Below are positions 27,522 through 36,228 of a stretch of 64,000 bases of DNA, one piece after another. Location: NCBI GenBank assembly GCA_022709525.1, contig JAKLIQ010000002.1, positions 262,003-326,002 on the forward strand, read 5' to 3'. Origin of the DNA: Candidatus Omnitrophota bacterium (GTDB lineage Bacteria > Omnitrophota > Omnitrophia > Omnitrophales > Aquincolibacteriaceae). Below the pieces are notes generated by a model, which saw only the letters and a program-made list of their open reading frames with translations, was not told where the DNA came from and ran no database searches. How positions within the stretch are numbered: position 1 is the first letter of the stretch; the number at the start of each line of letters is the position of its first letter. The position numbers and the translations under genes were made by a program.

Positions 27522-28274
27522 TCATGTTCCTTTCTTGAAATAGGTTGAATGTGACGCTACCGAAAAAAATTCCGCGATCCTTTCCGGCCGTAAAAATTCC
27601 CCGGCAGGACCTGTCGCGGCCATTTTCCCCGAGCGGAGCATCACAACACGCCCGAGAAAAGGCTTCAGCCATTCCCATTGATGCGAGATCACGGCCACGG
27701 TCAGCTTTTCGCGCTGCTGTAGCCGCGTCAAAAGTTCAAAAAGGCCGATCTGCTGACGGATATCAAGATTGGAGACCGGCTCGTCTAAAAGAAGGATCTT
27801 AGCCTGCTGGCAGATCGCGCGGGCGATCTCAACGCGCCGCCTTTCGCCGCCGCTTAATTGAAGGATCGAGCGTTTGGCGAAACGCAGGGTGTCGGTCGCT
27901 TCCATCGCCCATGCGGCGCGCTCAAGATCCTCTTTGCGGTTCCAAAAACCGTGGGGCGCGTTCGGGAACCTTCCCATCAGGACCAGCTCCTCGACCGTGA
28001 ACGGAAAAATATAGGCGGCGTCCTGCTCGAGATAAGCCGCTTTGCGCGCGATCTCCAAGGCATTCATTCTTTCAACCGGGTTTTCAAAAAGAAAAGTTTT
28101 TCCCGAACGCGGCCGAAGCCAGCCAAGCGCGAGTTTAAAAAGTGTGGTTTTTCCGGCGCCGTTTTCGCCCAAAAAAAGCGTCATGCTCCCTTCTTCGAGC
28201 GAACATGAGAATGAATCGATATGAAAAGCGCTCCCGTATTGAAAGCTGACATCGCGCCACTCGACAGCGTTCAT
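27522..28274 (-). CDS. btuD: ABC transporter ATP-binding protein (cobalamin/iron-siderophore type)
   Basis: Walker A GENGAGKTT, ABC signature LSGGERRRVEIA and Walker B ILLLDEP. Start at internal ATG 28274, which overlaps the btuC stop as ATGA. Confidence 0.85.
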   Translation of the reverse strand: MNAVEWRDVSFQYGSAFHIDSFSCSLEEGSMTLFLGENGAGKTTLFKLALGWLRPRSGKTFLFENPVERMNALEIARKAAYLEQDAAYIFPFTVEELVLMGRFPNAPHGFWNRKEDLERAAWAMEATDTLRFAKRSILQLSGGERRRVEIARAICQQAKILLLDEPVSNLDIRQQIGLFELLTRLQQREKLTVAVISHQWEWLKPFLGRVVMLRSGKMAATGPAGEFLRPERIAEFFSVASHSTYFKKGT

Positions 28275-29251
28275 GAGATCACCCGTTTTCCTTCGCGCCT
28301 TTTGAGGATGACGATAAAGAACGGAACGCCTAAAAGGGCTGTCACGATCCCGACGGGGATCTCCGAAGGATAGAAAAGAGAACGCGCGAGCATATCGGCT
28401 CCGGCCAAAAGAACACCGCCGGCCCAAGCGCTCACGGGCAGGGAGCGGCGAAGGTCCGAACCGACAAAAAGCCGGGCGACGTGCGGGCTCATCAGCCCCA
28501 CAAAGCTGATCATGCCGCTTAAAGAGACCGCCGCGCCTGTCAGGATCGCGGCGGCGATAAAAAGAAGGATTTGGGTTTTTTCGACGCTTACGCCGAGCGA
28601 ACGGGCGGCGGATTCTCCCAGCGAAAGCAGGTTCAGTTTCGGCGCTTGCCTCATGAAGAAAAACCCCACGATACCGAGCGTGATAAATAAAAAAAGGATC
28701 TGAGCATAACCTGCCATGGACAAATTCCCTAAAAGCCAGTTAAAAGCTGCCGCGGTATCGTCGGAACGGAAAAGCGACTGGCAAAAAAGCATCAGCGACA
28801 CTAAAAAGGAATTGATCATGACGCCGAGAAGAAGCAGCGTGTACATGGAAAGCGCGCCTTTGCGCATGGAGAGCAGGAAAACAAGAAAAAGCACCGCGAG
28901 GGCCCCCAGCCCGGCAAATACGGGGAAAAATGAGAAGGAGAACCCAAACACCGCGCAGATCCATACTCCCGCGCCGGCGCCGGCGGAAACTCCGATCAAA
29001 TGCGGGTCGGCCAGAGGATTCCTGAAAAGGGACTGAAACACGGCGCCCGTCACCGCAAGCGACATCCCGACCCCCCAGGCGAGCAGGAAACGCGGTAATC
29101 TTAAATAAAAAAAGAGGAACCGGTCCTGTTCGCTCGCAAGGTCAAGAAGCCCGCGAGGACCGACAAGATTTAAAAAGAGCAAGCCGGCGGGGATAAACAT
29201 CAAGATGAGAAAACTCCGCAGCGCCCGTTTAGACATGGATCTTCTCCGCAT
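28271..29251 (-). CDS. btuC: FecCD-family ABC permease (BtuC-like)
   Basis: About 9-10 TM segments and FecCD-family similarity. Confidence 0.85.
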   Translation of the reverse strand: MRRRSMSKRALRSFLILMFIPAGLLFLNLVGPRGLLDLASEQDRFLFFYLRLPRFLLAWGVGMSLAVTGAVFQSLFRNPLADPHLIGVSAGAGAGVWICAVFGFSFSFFPVFAGLGALAVLFLVFLLSMRKGALSMYTLLLLGVMINSFLVSLMLFCQSLFRSDDTAAAFNWLLGNLSMAGYAQILFLFITLGIVGFFFMRQAPKLNLLSLGESAARSLGVSVEKTQILLFIAAAILTGAAVSLSGMISFVGLMSPHVARLFVGSDLRRSLPVSAWAGGVLLAGADMLARSLFYPSEIPVGIVTALLGVPFFIVILKRREGKRVIS

Positions 29252-30131
29252 AAGGATTTTCAGGACCCGGCGTGTCTTCAGCCGCTAATGTGACCGTTTC
29301 AAGCCACATCGGCGTTCTGGGGCCCGGTACCGGAAGCGCTTCTTTTTTAAAAAGATAAACACGCCCTTCGCGTACAGCTCTTAGAGCGCGGTATTTCCCC
29401 CAGAATGCGCGGGCTTCTTTCATTTCGTCGGCCCAGGATTTATCCCGCTCAAACGCGCTCGCGTCAAGGATCACATCCGGGTCCTCCCTGAAAACCGCTT
29501 CCATGGTCCATTTGGGATACCGTGTCCGGCTGGATCCTGCGATATTTTGAGCACCGATCGTCCGGAGCGCGTCATCTTCCATGGTTCCCTTGCCCGCGAC
29601 GATCAAAGGGAAACGCCATGCGACATAAAGCGCTTTTATTTTTGGATCCTGAAGGGCGCGATCACGGTATTTTTCTATTTCCCCGGAGATTTTCTGGCGC
29701 GCGGTTTTCGCTTCCCGCTCATGCCCCGAAACTTCCCCCAAAGCTGAAAAACTTTCAAGAAGATCTTCCAAGGAATAAAACGAAACGGAGATAACGGGTT
29801 TGCGGAATTCGACGAACTTTTCATAAATGATCCGCGTTCCCGAATTCGGGGTAACGGTCACAAGATCGGGGCTGCGCGCCAGGATCGCTTCAAGGGAATG
29901 ACGGTCGAATCCGCCGATCCGCGGGATCTTCCGGGCTTCGGGCGGCCAGACGCAGAAATCGGTCACGCCCGCGATCTGAGGGCCCGCGCCGATCGCGAAA
30001 AGGATCTCGGTCGTGGAAGGAGAAAGAGAAACGATTCTTGCCGGACGTTGATCCGCGGATGTTTCCGCAAAACCGCCGGCCGGAAGAAGAAAACAAATCA
30101 AAAATAAAGAACAAAGACCTTTCGGAAACAA
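29229..30131 (-). CDS. btuF: periplasmic cobalamin-binding protein (BtuF-like ABC substrate-binding protein)
   Basis: Signal peptide and a BtuF-like fold (RIVSLSPSTTEILFAIGAG..GVTDFC). The first codon appears to be TTG at 30131-30129, located right after the leader hairpin. Confidence 0.8.
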   Translation of the reverse strand: MFPKGLCSLFLICFLLPAGGFAETSADQRPARIVSLSPSTTEILFAIGAGPQIAGVTDFCVWPPEARKIPRIGGFDRHSLEAILARSPDLVTVTPNSGTRIIYEKFVEFRKPVISVSFYSLEDLLESFSALGEVSGHEREAKTARQKISGEIEKYRDRALQDPKIKALYVAWRFPLIVAGKGTMEDDALRTIGAQNIAGSSRTRYPKWTMEAVFREDPDVILDASAFERDKSWADEMKEARAFWGKYRALRAVREGRVYLFKKEALPVPGPRTPMWLETVTLAAEDTPGPENPYAEKIHV

Positions 30132-30133
30132 AA

Positions 30134-30167
30134 AGCCCTTTCCGCCTCAAAGGGGCAAGAAAGGGCT
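30134..30167 (-). promoter_or_regulatory. riboswitch expression platform: SD-sequestering hairpin / terminator abutting the btuF start
   Basis: Minus-strand RNA AGCCCUUUC-uugccccuuugaggcg-GAAAGGGCU is followed by UUUUUG-UUG(start). The 3' arm contains the SD GAAAGGG. Confidence 0.5.
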
Positions 30168-30264
30168 AGCCTGTCTTGACCTCTGCTCGGAGGCATTTTA
30201 AAAATCTCAAATCTGAAATTTGAAATTTATGGATAATGGGTTGATATTCTGACTAGGCAAGTAC

Positions 30265-30385
30265 AAACCTACTCGCGGCCTTCCCGCCCTTTAATCTTGC
30301 TCGGGGCAGTGGCGATTCGCTTTCGTCCTTACCGACAGCGGCGGCACCGTGGAGTCCCCGCAAAACTCAGCGGGTCTCTCTTCCC
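30265..30385 (-). promoter_or_regulatory. cobalamin (B12) riboswitch upstream of btuF-btuC-btuD
   Basis: Minus-strand RNA reads GGUGCCGCCGCUGUCGGUAAGGACGAAAGCGAAUCGCCACUGCCCCGAGCAAGAUUAAAGGGCGGGAAGGCCGCGAG. It carries the GGUGC, AAUCGCCACUG (B12 box) and GGGAAGGCCGC elements. Confidence 0.75.
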
Positions 30386-30469
30386 AAATGCTCCCATTAT
30401 CATACTTTCTTCAAAGAACGATAATCTTGACGTTCAGTATAAAGAAAAAACTCATCAGCGCAACGTTTT

Positions 30470-31807
30470 TCATTCGCGCGAAAGATCTTTAAGATTTGTT
30501 GCGGATTCCAATCCTTCGATAACCTCCGGGATAATGCCTTTTTCCACATAAACCGGACGCATCTGCCGGCGGATCAAAGGAAGTTTCCTGATGAAAAGAA
30601 GCGCGATCGCCACACAGCAAACGCCCCCGAGTAAAACTGTATAAGGCGCGCCGATCCTGGCGGCCAAAAATCCTCCGAGCAAACTCCCGAAAGGGGCGGT
30701 TCCTAAAAAGGCGACGGTATAAAAACCCATGACTCTGCCCCGTTTGTCCTCATCGACGACGCTTTGAAGGACCGTATTGCAGGCCGCGATATTCACCATG
30801 ATCCCGAACCCCGCGGCCAAAATGACCGGCATCGCAAGCCAAAAATCGTTCAAAAAAGAAAAGAGCGTGATCGAGATCCCAAAAAGAACGGCTGTTCCCG
30901 CGATCACTTTGGAAAGTCCGCGGACATCTTTTCGCGAAGCAAGATAAACGGCGCCGACAAGAGCGCCGAACCCCGACATTCCCATCAAAAGACCCAAGGT
31001 CCCGGGGCCTCCGTGAAAAATATCGCGCGCAAAAACAGGCATCAGGACCTGATAAGGAACGCCCAAGACGCTCATCATCGACAAAAGGATCAGGATCCAC
31101 TTGATGGGGGCGAGCCGGAAGGCATAACCAAGTCCCTCTTTTAACTCGATGAGAATATGGCGTGGCGGCGCGGCAGTTTTGGATGGAGCGATCCGCATCG
31201 CCGCCAAAGCAAAGATCACGGGAATGAAACTGACCGCGTTCAAGAGAAAACAAACACCTTCGCCCGCCGAAGCGATCAGGATCCCCGCAATCGAGGGCCC
31301 GATCAGTCGCGCCGCATTCAGCATTGAAGAATTAAGCGCGATCGCGTTCCCCAGGTCTTCCCTGTCTTCGATCATCTCGACGGTGAATGCCTGACGGATC
31401 GGGATATCAAATGCAAAGATCGCCCCGAGAAAAAAACTTAACGCCATGATGTGCCAGACTTCGATCCGGTTTGAAAGCACCAAAAATGCCAGGATCGAGG
31501 CCTGGATAAAAAAAGAGACTTGTGTCCCGATCAACATGTTCCGTCGGTTGTGGCGATCGGCAAAAACGCCGGCAAAAGGCGTCAGAAAAAAAACAGGGAT
31601 CTGGCTCATGAACATGGCCATACCCAAAAGAAAAGGCGAATTTGTCATGCGATAGACCAGCCAGCTTAACGCGACCTGCTGCATCCAGGTCCCGATCAGG
31701 GACGCACTCTGGCCCCAGAAAAAGATACGGTAATTCCGGTGCCGCAACGCGCGGAACACGAGCTGGAGGTTGGTCTTTTTTTCGGAATGCTGCGCGGCAG
31801 GATCCAT
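30470..31807 (-). CDS. MFS-family transporter (EntS/DHA-like)
   Basis: 445 aa, 12 TM segments, and an MFS motif region GVFADRHNRRNMLIG. Confidence 0.7.
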   Translation of the reverse strand: MDPAAQHSEKKTNLQLVFRALRHRNYRIFFWGQSASLIGTWMQQVALSWLVYRMTNSPFLLGMAMFMSQIPVFFLTPFAGVFADRHNRRNMLIGTQVSFFIQASILAFLVLSNRIEVWHIMALSFFLGAIFAFDIPIRQAFTVEMIEDREDLGNAIALNSSMLNAARLIGPSIAGILIASAGEGVCFLLNAVSFIPVIFALAAMRIAPSKTAAPPRHILIELKEGLGYAFRLAPIKWILILLSMMSVLGVPYQVLMPVFARDIFHGGPGTLGLLMGMSGFGALVGAVYLASRKDVRGLSKVIAGTAVLFGISITLFSFLNDFWLAMPVILAAGFGIMVNIAACNTVLQSVVDEDKRGRVMGFYTVAFLGTAPFGSLLGGFLAARIGAPYTVLLGGVCCVAIALLFIRKLPLIRRQMRPVYVEKGIIPEVIEGLESATNLKDLSRE

Positions 31808-31815
31808 GGGTCTTC

Positions 31816-32562
31816 TTAAAGTTTGAGATCGCCGGCAAGATAGCGAAGAGCATAGTGGGCCGTGACAAGGCCGAACGCTCCGGTCACGGTCGGCAGGCTT
31901 CCGAGTTTTTGACGGCGGCGGCCGCGATCGTAATCCTGCTCTTCGTTAAGGATATTCGTTTTTTGGATGGGTTCTTCGCTGACGGGGGTATCGGAATAAA
32001 TGCAGAAGATCCCTTTTTCGATCCCCCGGCGGCGGAGGCGCGACCGGACATTGCGGGCCAGCGGGCATCCCTGGGTCTTGAAAAGATCCCCTGCCTTGAT
32101 CGAGAAGATGTCCATCCGGAGCGCCGCACCCATGGAGGAGATCACAGGGATCTTTTTTTCGTGGCAATAGGCGAGGATCTGGGTCTTGGGGTTGAGCGAA
32201 TCGACGGCGTCGATCACAAGGTCGGGATCCCCTTCAACGATGCGTTCCATTGTTTCTTCAGCCGCAAACTCCTTTAAGGCCTCGACCTTGCAGTCCGGAT
32301 TGATCTGGGCGATGCGCTCCTTGGCGGCTTCGGCCTTGAGTTTGCCGAGATTGGGCGTGATGGCGAGAATATGACGATTGAAATTGGTCGTCTTGATCGT
32401 GTCGAAATCAACCAAACGCAGGCGGCCGATGCCGGCGCGAGCAAGCGCTTCGGCCGCGTAACTGCCGACCGCTCCGATCCCGATCACGGTCACGAACGCG
32501 CGCTGGAACCTTTTAACCTTCTCCTTGCCGAGCAGGAGTTCCAGACAAAAAAGCCTTTCCAT
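31816..32562 (-). CDS. tcdA: tRNA threonylcarbamoyladenosine dehydratase (ThiF/MoeB-like E1 fold, TcdA/CsdL)
   Basis: Rossmann motif VTVIGIGAVGSYAAEALARAGIG and colinearity with E. coli TcdA. Start at internal ATG 32562 (MERLF...). Confidence 0.7.
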   Translation of the reverse strand: MERLFCLELLLGKEKVKRFQRAFVTVIGIGAVGSYAAEALARAGIGRLRLVDFDTIKTTNFNRHILAITPNLGKLKAEAAKERIAQINPDCKVEALKEFAAEETMERIVEGDPDLVIDAVDSLNPKTQILAYCHEKKIPVISSMGAALRMDIFSIKAGDLFKTQGCPLARNVRSRLRRRGIEKGIFCIYSDTPVSEEPIQKTNILNEEQDYDRGRRRQKLGSLPTVTGAFGLVTAHYALRYLAGDLKL

Positions 32563-33307
32563 TCTCCGATACCGCTTTCTCCAATTCGCTTTCTTCGATC
32601 CCCTTCGCGCGGGCCGCGATCTGGTAAACCCCGCGGATGCATTCAAAATACTGGTCGGCCGTGACCGTCGCTCCGATCTTGCCGGGCTCCGTGTAAGGAA
32701 AATCCGTTTCCAAGAGCAAGCGGTCCAGTGGAACTTGCCGGATGAGCGCCATCATGTCGGGAGTGCCGCCGCGCAGCCATTTCCAGGAAAAAGAAATAAA
32801 ACCGCCGAGCCCGAGAAGTTCGCGGAGGATCTCGGAAGGGCCGTGATAGGAGTGCACCATGAAACGCAGAGAACCTTCCGGAAAATCGCGTAACGCTTTC
32901 AGCAGATCGCCCCACGCTTGCACGCAATGAATGGCAACGGGCCGCGACAATCGAACGGCAAGTCTCAACTGACGCTGGAAAATTCTGGTTTGGGCTTCGA
33001 GGCCGTTGTCCACGCGGGCCTTGTCCAACCCGACCTCGCCGACGCCGGCTTTCCGGTGTTTTAAAAGACTTTCGAGTTCTTTTTCCCATCCTTTGCCGGC
33101 TTTTTCGGCATACCAGGGATGCACACCCCAGAACGGAATGACTCTTTCATCCACGCCCGCGAGTTTTTCTGAAAAGGCCCAGTCTTCCGGGCGGACGGCA
33201 TTGCACCAGAACTGCCCGAGCCCGAAATCCCAGGCGCGACTTAAGATCTCGGCTAAAACTCCCTTGTCCCGGATATCCTGAAAATGAAGGTGCGCGTCAA
33301 GCAACAT
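32513..33307 (-). CDS. tatD: TatD-family metal-dependent hydrolase/DNase
   Basis: N-terminal MLLDAHLHF and TatD-wide similarity (HCVQAW, ETDFPY). The tail overlaps the tcdA start. Confidence 0.8.
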   Translation of the reverse strand: MLLDAHLHFQDIRDKGVLAEILSRAWDFGLGQFWCNAVRPEDWAFSEKLAGVDERVIPFWGVHPWYAEKAGKGWEKELESLLKHRKAGVGEVGLDKARVDNGLEAQTRIFQRQLRLAVRLSRPVAIHCVQAWGDLLKALRDFPEGSLRFMVHSYHGPSEILRELLGLGGFISFSWKWLRGGTPDMMALIRQVPLDRLLLETDFPYTEPGKIGATVTADQYFECIRGVYQIAARAKGIEESELEKAVSENGKAFLSGTPARQGEG

Positions 33308-33390
33308 AGGTGGATTCTAACCCGCCCGGATGGCCGCGTCTACTTTGACTATGGGGAAAAATACATGAGGCGGGCGGCGGATAGCGCCGG

Positions 33391-33804
33391 TCATTCGGGA
33401 GGCGGGGCGTCGCCTTTCAAGCTCGCTATTTCCCGCTTCAGATCATTGACCGCTTCCTGGAGGCCCTTCTGGCCCGCTTCTATCTTTTCAAAACGTTCGT
33501 TCACGCCTTGGAAGGATCTGGCGGCGAATTCCGAGGGGCCTTCCATCACCATGATATCGCCTTTTTTTTCTATCTTCAGCCCCTTCGGCACGATCACATA
33601 AACGCCGCCGGTATTGAGCATTTCCATGCCGGGAGGAATTTCTACCGGCGGAACAAACTTCTTTTTTATGAGCTCATCCTGGTTCACGGCATACGGCGAA
33701 TGATCCTTCTCCGGGCCGTCACTAGTCTGGGCAAAACCGTTGTGAGGAAGGACGGTTGCGAAATAAACACAAACGATAAGGGAAAACAACCTGGTCTTTT
33801 TCAT
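33391..33804 (-). CDS. secreted hypothetical protein (signal peptide)
   Basis: Starts MKKTRLFSLIVCVYFATVLPHNGFAQ (Sec signal). No recognisable domain. Confidence 0.45.
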   Translation of the reverse strand: MKKTRLFSLIVCVYFATVLPHNGFAQTSDGPEKDHSPYAVNQDELIKKKFVPPVEIPPGMEMLNTGGVYVIVPKGLKIEKKGDIMVMEGPSEFAARSFQGVNERFEKIEAGQKGLQEAVNDLKREIASLKGDAPPPE

Positions 33805-33844
33805 CGGGGGTTCTTCCTCCGTTTCAAATACCAAAAACCAAAAC

Positions 33845-33938
33845 CGGACGCCGTCCGCAAAGCCGGACGCCGTCCGAAGGGATATGTCAATTTGACACTG
33901 TAATTATAATTCTAACCTCTCCCCGCGGACGGCGTCCT
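33845..33938. promoter_or_regulatory. three copies of a GC-rich palindrome CGGACG-N-CGTCC(G) plus a TGTCAATTTGACA palindrome in the promoter region of the secreted-protein gene
   Basis: Copies at 33845-33857, 33864-33876 and 33927-33938. The palindrome TGTCAATTTGACA sits at ~33883-33897, followed by TATAAT-like taattataat. Confidence 0.35.
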
Positions 33939-34042
33939 GTTTAGGCGTCCTGTTTATGTTTATTTACTGTTTATGAAAACCGGCGGCAGCCGCCTTCTTG
34001 GCTCTTGTTAGCTTTAAAGGACGAATCTTAAATCGGGCGCGG

Positions 34043-34516
34043 CTATTTCATGCACTCCGTGATCAAGTCAACGTACTCCTGCTCCAGGATATCATTGAAA
34101 CTTCGGCCGTGAATCTCGCCGTCGGTTTTCAATAGCGACGTCACGTCGGAAGACGCCCTGGCGAACCACCGGTCAAAAAGGCCATGGATATCTATTTTTT
34201 TCTTTTTTAATTCTTCTTTAAGCTCCTGCTCCGCTTCGATCCAGTCGTCAAAAGCTGTGCGTAGCGACTTGACCTTTTCTTCCCGGATCGCCCGCGCCCT
34301 CGCCCTGATCTTGGCGATGTCCTCCTTCGTATATTGATCCGGCTTTTTATCCTTAAGGCCGTCGCTTACCGTAAGCTCGCGCTCTGCCTGGAGCCAGTCA
34401 TCGAGGGCAGTATTGAGCGTCTGGCACTTCCGCCTCCAGATCTTGGCTGCCCGCTCCCGTATTTTTTCAAGATCGGTTTTGGAATATTGTTCCTCACTCG
34501 CAGGTTTTTTTGTCAT
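34043..34516 (-). CDS. DUF2934-repeat protein (two tandem DUF2934-like modules)
   Basis: Two repeats of the form ...IRERAAKIWRRKCQTLNTALDDWLQAEREL and ...IRARARAIREEKVKSLRTAFDDWIEAEQEL. Confidence 0.55.
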   Translation of the reverse strand: MTKKPASEEQYSKTDLEKIRERAAKIWRRKCQTLNTALDDWLQAERELTVSDGLKDKKPDQYTKEDIAKIRARARAIREEKVKSLRTAFDDWIEAEQELKEELKKKKIDIHGLFDRWFARASSDVTSLLKTDGEIHGRSFNDILEQEYVDLITECMK

Positions 34517-34880
34517 AACTTATCCTCTCGTTAAAAGACTGGACGCACTGAACTGCTTATAAAGATTTATATGAAGTTTAGCGCAGTCCTAATCGCCATT
34601 CCGGAAAAGAAAGAAGAGATCGGCACGCCGCCCCTGCCTACCGGCAGACAGGCGTAGGGAGACGTCAATCCCCATCCCCTTGCTCTCATCAGATTCTCTG
34701 CCTCTTCGACGGGAGTTTCAAGAAAAATTACCGCATTTTTCAGAAGAGGCACAGAAGAAATAAAACCGGTTAAAACTGCTGACAGTCGCCTTATTGGCCT
34801 TATTGGGCAATCGTAAGTCGGGGATGTGCAAATGAAAATTGGAGATGCCAATTTGGCGCCTCCAATCTTGGTTTTAAACA

Positions 34881-35630
34881 TCAAATGATCGAAAAATCGA
34901 CGCGGACGACCGCGGTGACTTTCTTCCGGAGAGCGCTCGTGTCATTAGAGCCCCAATCGGAGACCTCCGTAGAATTTTCCGGCGTGATCTGGAAAACACC
35001 CGACCGCGCCGAACGCATGGACCCGGCCTTGTTCCCGGTCGCGGCAAGCATCCGCTCGGCCCTCCGCTTCGCGTCCTGCGTCGCTTCCGCCAAAAGTTCG
35101 TGCTTTAGTTCCGAAAGCCGTGTGTAGAAAAATTCCGGCGCATAGGAAATAAATTCGACCCCCTGATCGATCAGTTCCGTGGAACCTCGCGAGATCCCCG
35201 CAATCTTTTCGACATCCTTGGATTTCACCTCGATGTTCTGGCTTACCAGGTAGGCCTCGATATCGTTGGTGTCATTTCCCTTTTCGTTCTTGCGGTAGAG
35301 GATTTTAGTGGCGGCCTGCTGCACGGCGATCTCGTTATCCTTCACTCCTTGGTCGCTGAGGTATTTTTTGACAAGCTCCAGATCATCCTTCAAAAGCCCG
35401 TAAGCTGTCTTAAGATCGGCCGCGCGCCTTGAAAAACCTCCCAACCACACAATCTCGTCGGAAAGGATCTTCCGCTCCGCGGAGCCCGTTACGCCGATCA
35501 TTTCGGTCGTCATCTTTTTTATTTTCATAAAACCTTTGGAAAGGATCACGCTCGAACCGAGCGTCGCGACGGCGATACACAGGCCGAGGATGATGATCTG
35601 AGAGTTCTTGAGAATGTTTTCTTTTTCCAT
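34881..35630 (-). CDS. SIMPL-domain (DUF541) periplasmic/membrane-anchored protein
   Basis: N-terminal TM anchor and a SIMPL-like C-terminus GVFQITPENS...VTAVVRVDF. A hairpin plus U-run sits just downstream (~34835-34875). Confidence 0.6.
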   Translation of the reverse strand: MEKENILKNSQIIILGLCIAVATLGSSVILSKGFMKIKKMTTEMIGVTGSAERKILSDEIVWLGGFSRRAADLKTAYGLLKDDLELVKKYLSDQGVKDNEIAVQQAATKILYRKNEKGNDTNDIEAYLVSQNIEVKSKDVEKIAGISRGSTELIDQGVEFISYAPEFFYTRLSELKHELLAEATQDAKRRAERMLAATGNKAGSMRSARSGVFQITPENSTEVSDWGSNDTSALRKKVTAVVRVDFSII

Positions 35631-35946
35631 GGCGGGCCTCCTGGATGCGGTTTTGTTGCGGTTTTTGTTTTCCTCGGATATTTCCGGGGGGTCAGGTTAT
35701 CGGGGCCTTTGCGTGAAACTGAATATAGCAAAAACTAGCATTTCAGGATAAAGCGGGCGTGGCAAAGGGTGTCGCGAAAAAATGAGGAAGATCAGGATCT
35801 TTTGCCGGATTTGGGAAAGCAACGATTGGCGAAATATTCTTTTCCGGTTCTTGCCGCCGGGTATTTGACCGATCGCTCAAACGCGGGTAGACCCCAACCC
35901 TTTGGTCGGAGTCAACAGGAAGAGAAAACGCCTTCGGGGGCCCGGT

Positions 35947-36162
35947 TTATGCCCGGCCGCCCTTGACGAGTCTTTCGGCCTCAAGCCAGATCTCGAGATC
36001 CTGATTCTGGACACGGCCTCTTTTTTCCCAGATCTCTTTGGCTTTTTGCTGGATGCGAGCGTTGAGCTCTTCTTTGGAAAGCTTGGGCGCGGAAGTCTTG
36101 CTCCACCCAAAATTGGTGTTGAGTTTCGCCATTGCGGATCCCTCCTCTGCGGTTGAATGCAC
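35947..36162 (-). CDS. small DUF2934-like protein (71 aa)
   Basis: KEIWEKRGRVQNQDLEIWLEAERLV matches the DUF2934 core seen in the 34043-34516 protein. Confidence 0.4.
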   Translation of the reverse strand: MHSTAEEGSAMAKLNTNFGWSKTSAPKLSKEELNARIQQKAKEIWEKRGRVQNQDLEIWLEAERLVKGGRA

Positions 36163-36228
36163 AGGATCATGATACTCCTTTATCGCGTACGAATAAAGAA
36201 CGGTTTTATTCCGGGAGCGGGGAAAGAT

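Noticed and set aside
30425-30470. TTGACG...TATAAA promoter-like pair on the plus strand downstream of the riboswitch region
   Set aside because: Spacer is only 5 nt and it would fire into the 3' end of a convergent MFS gene. Most likely chance.
34567-34884. 105-aa minus-strand ORF downstream of the SIMPL gene
   Set aside because: No RBS context and odd composition. The region more likely holds the SIMPL terminator hairpin (TTGGAGGCGCCAA / TTGGCATCTCCAA) and non-coding spacer.
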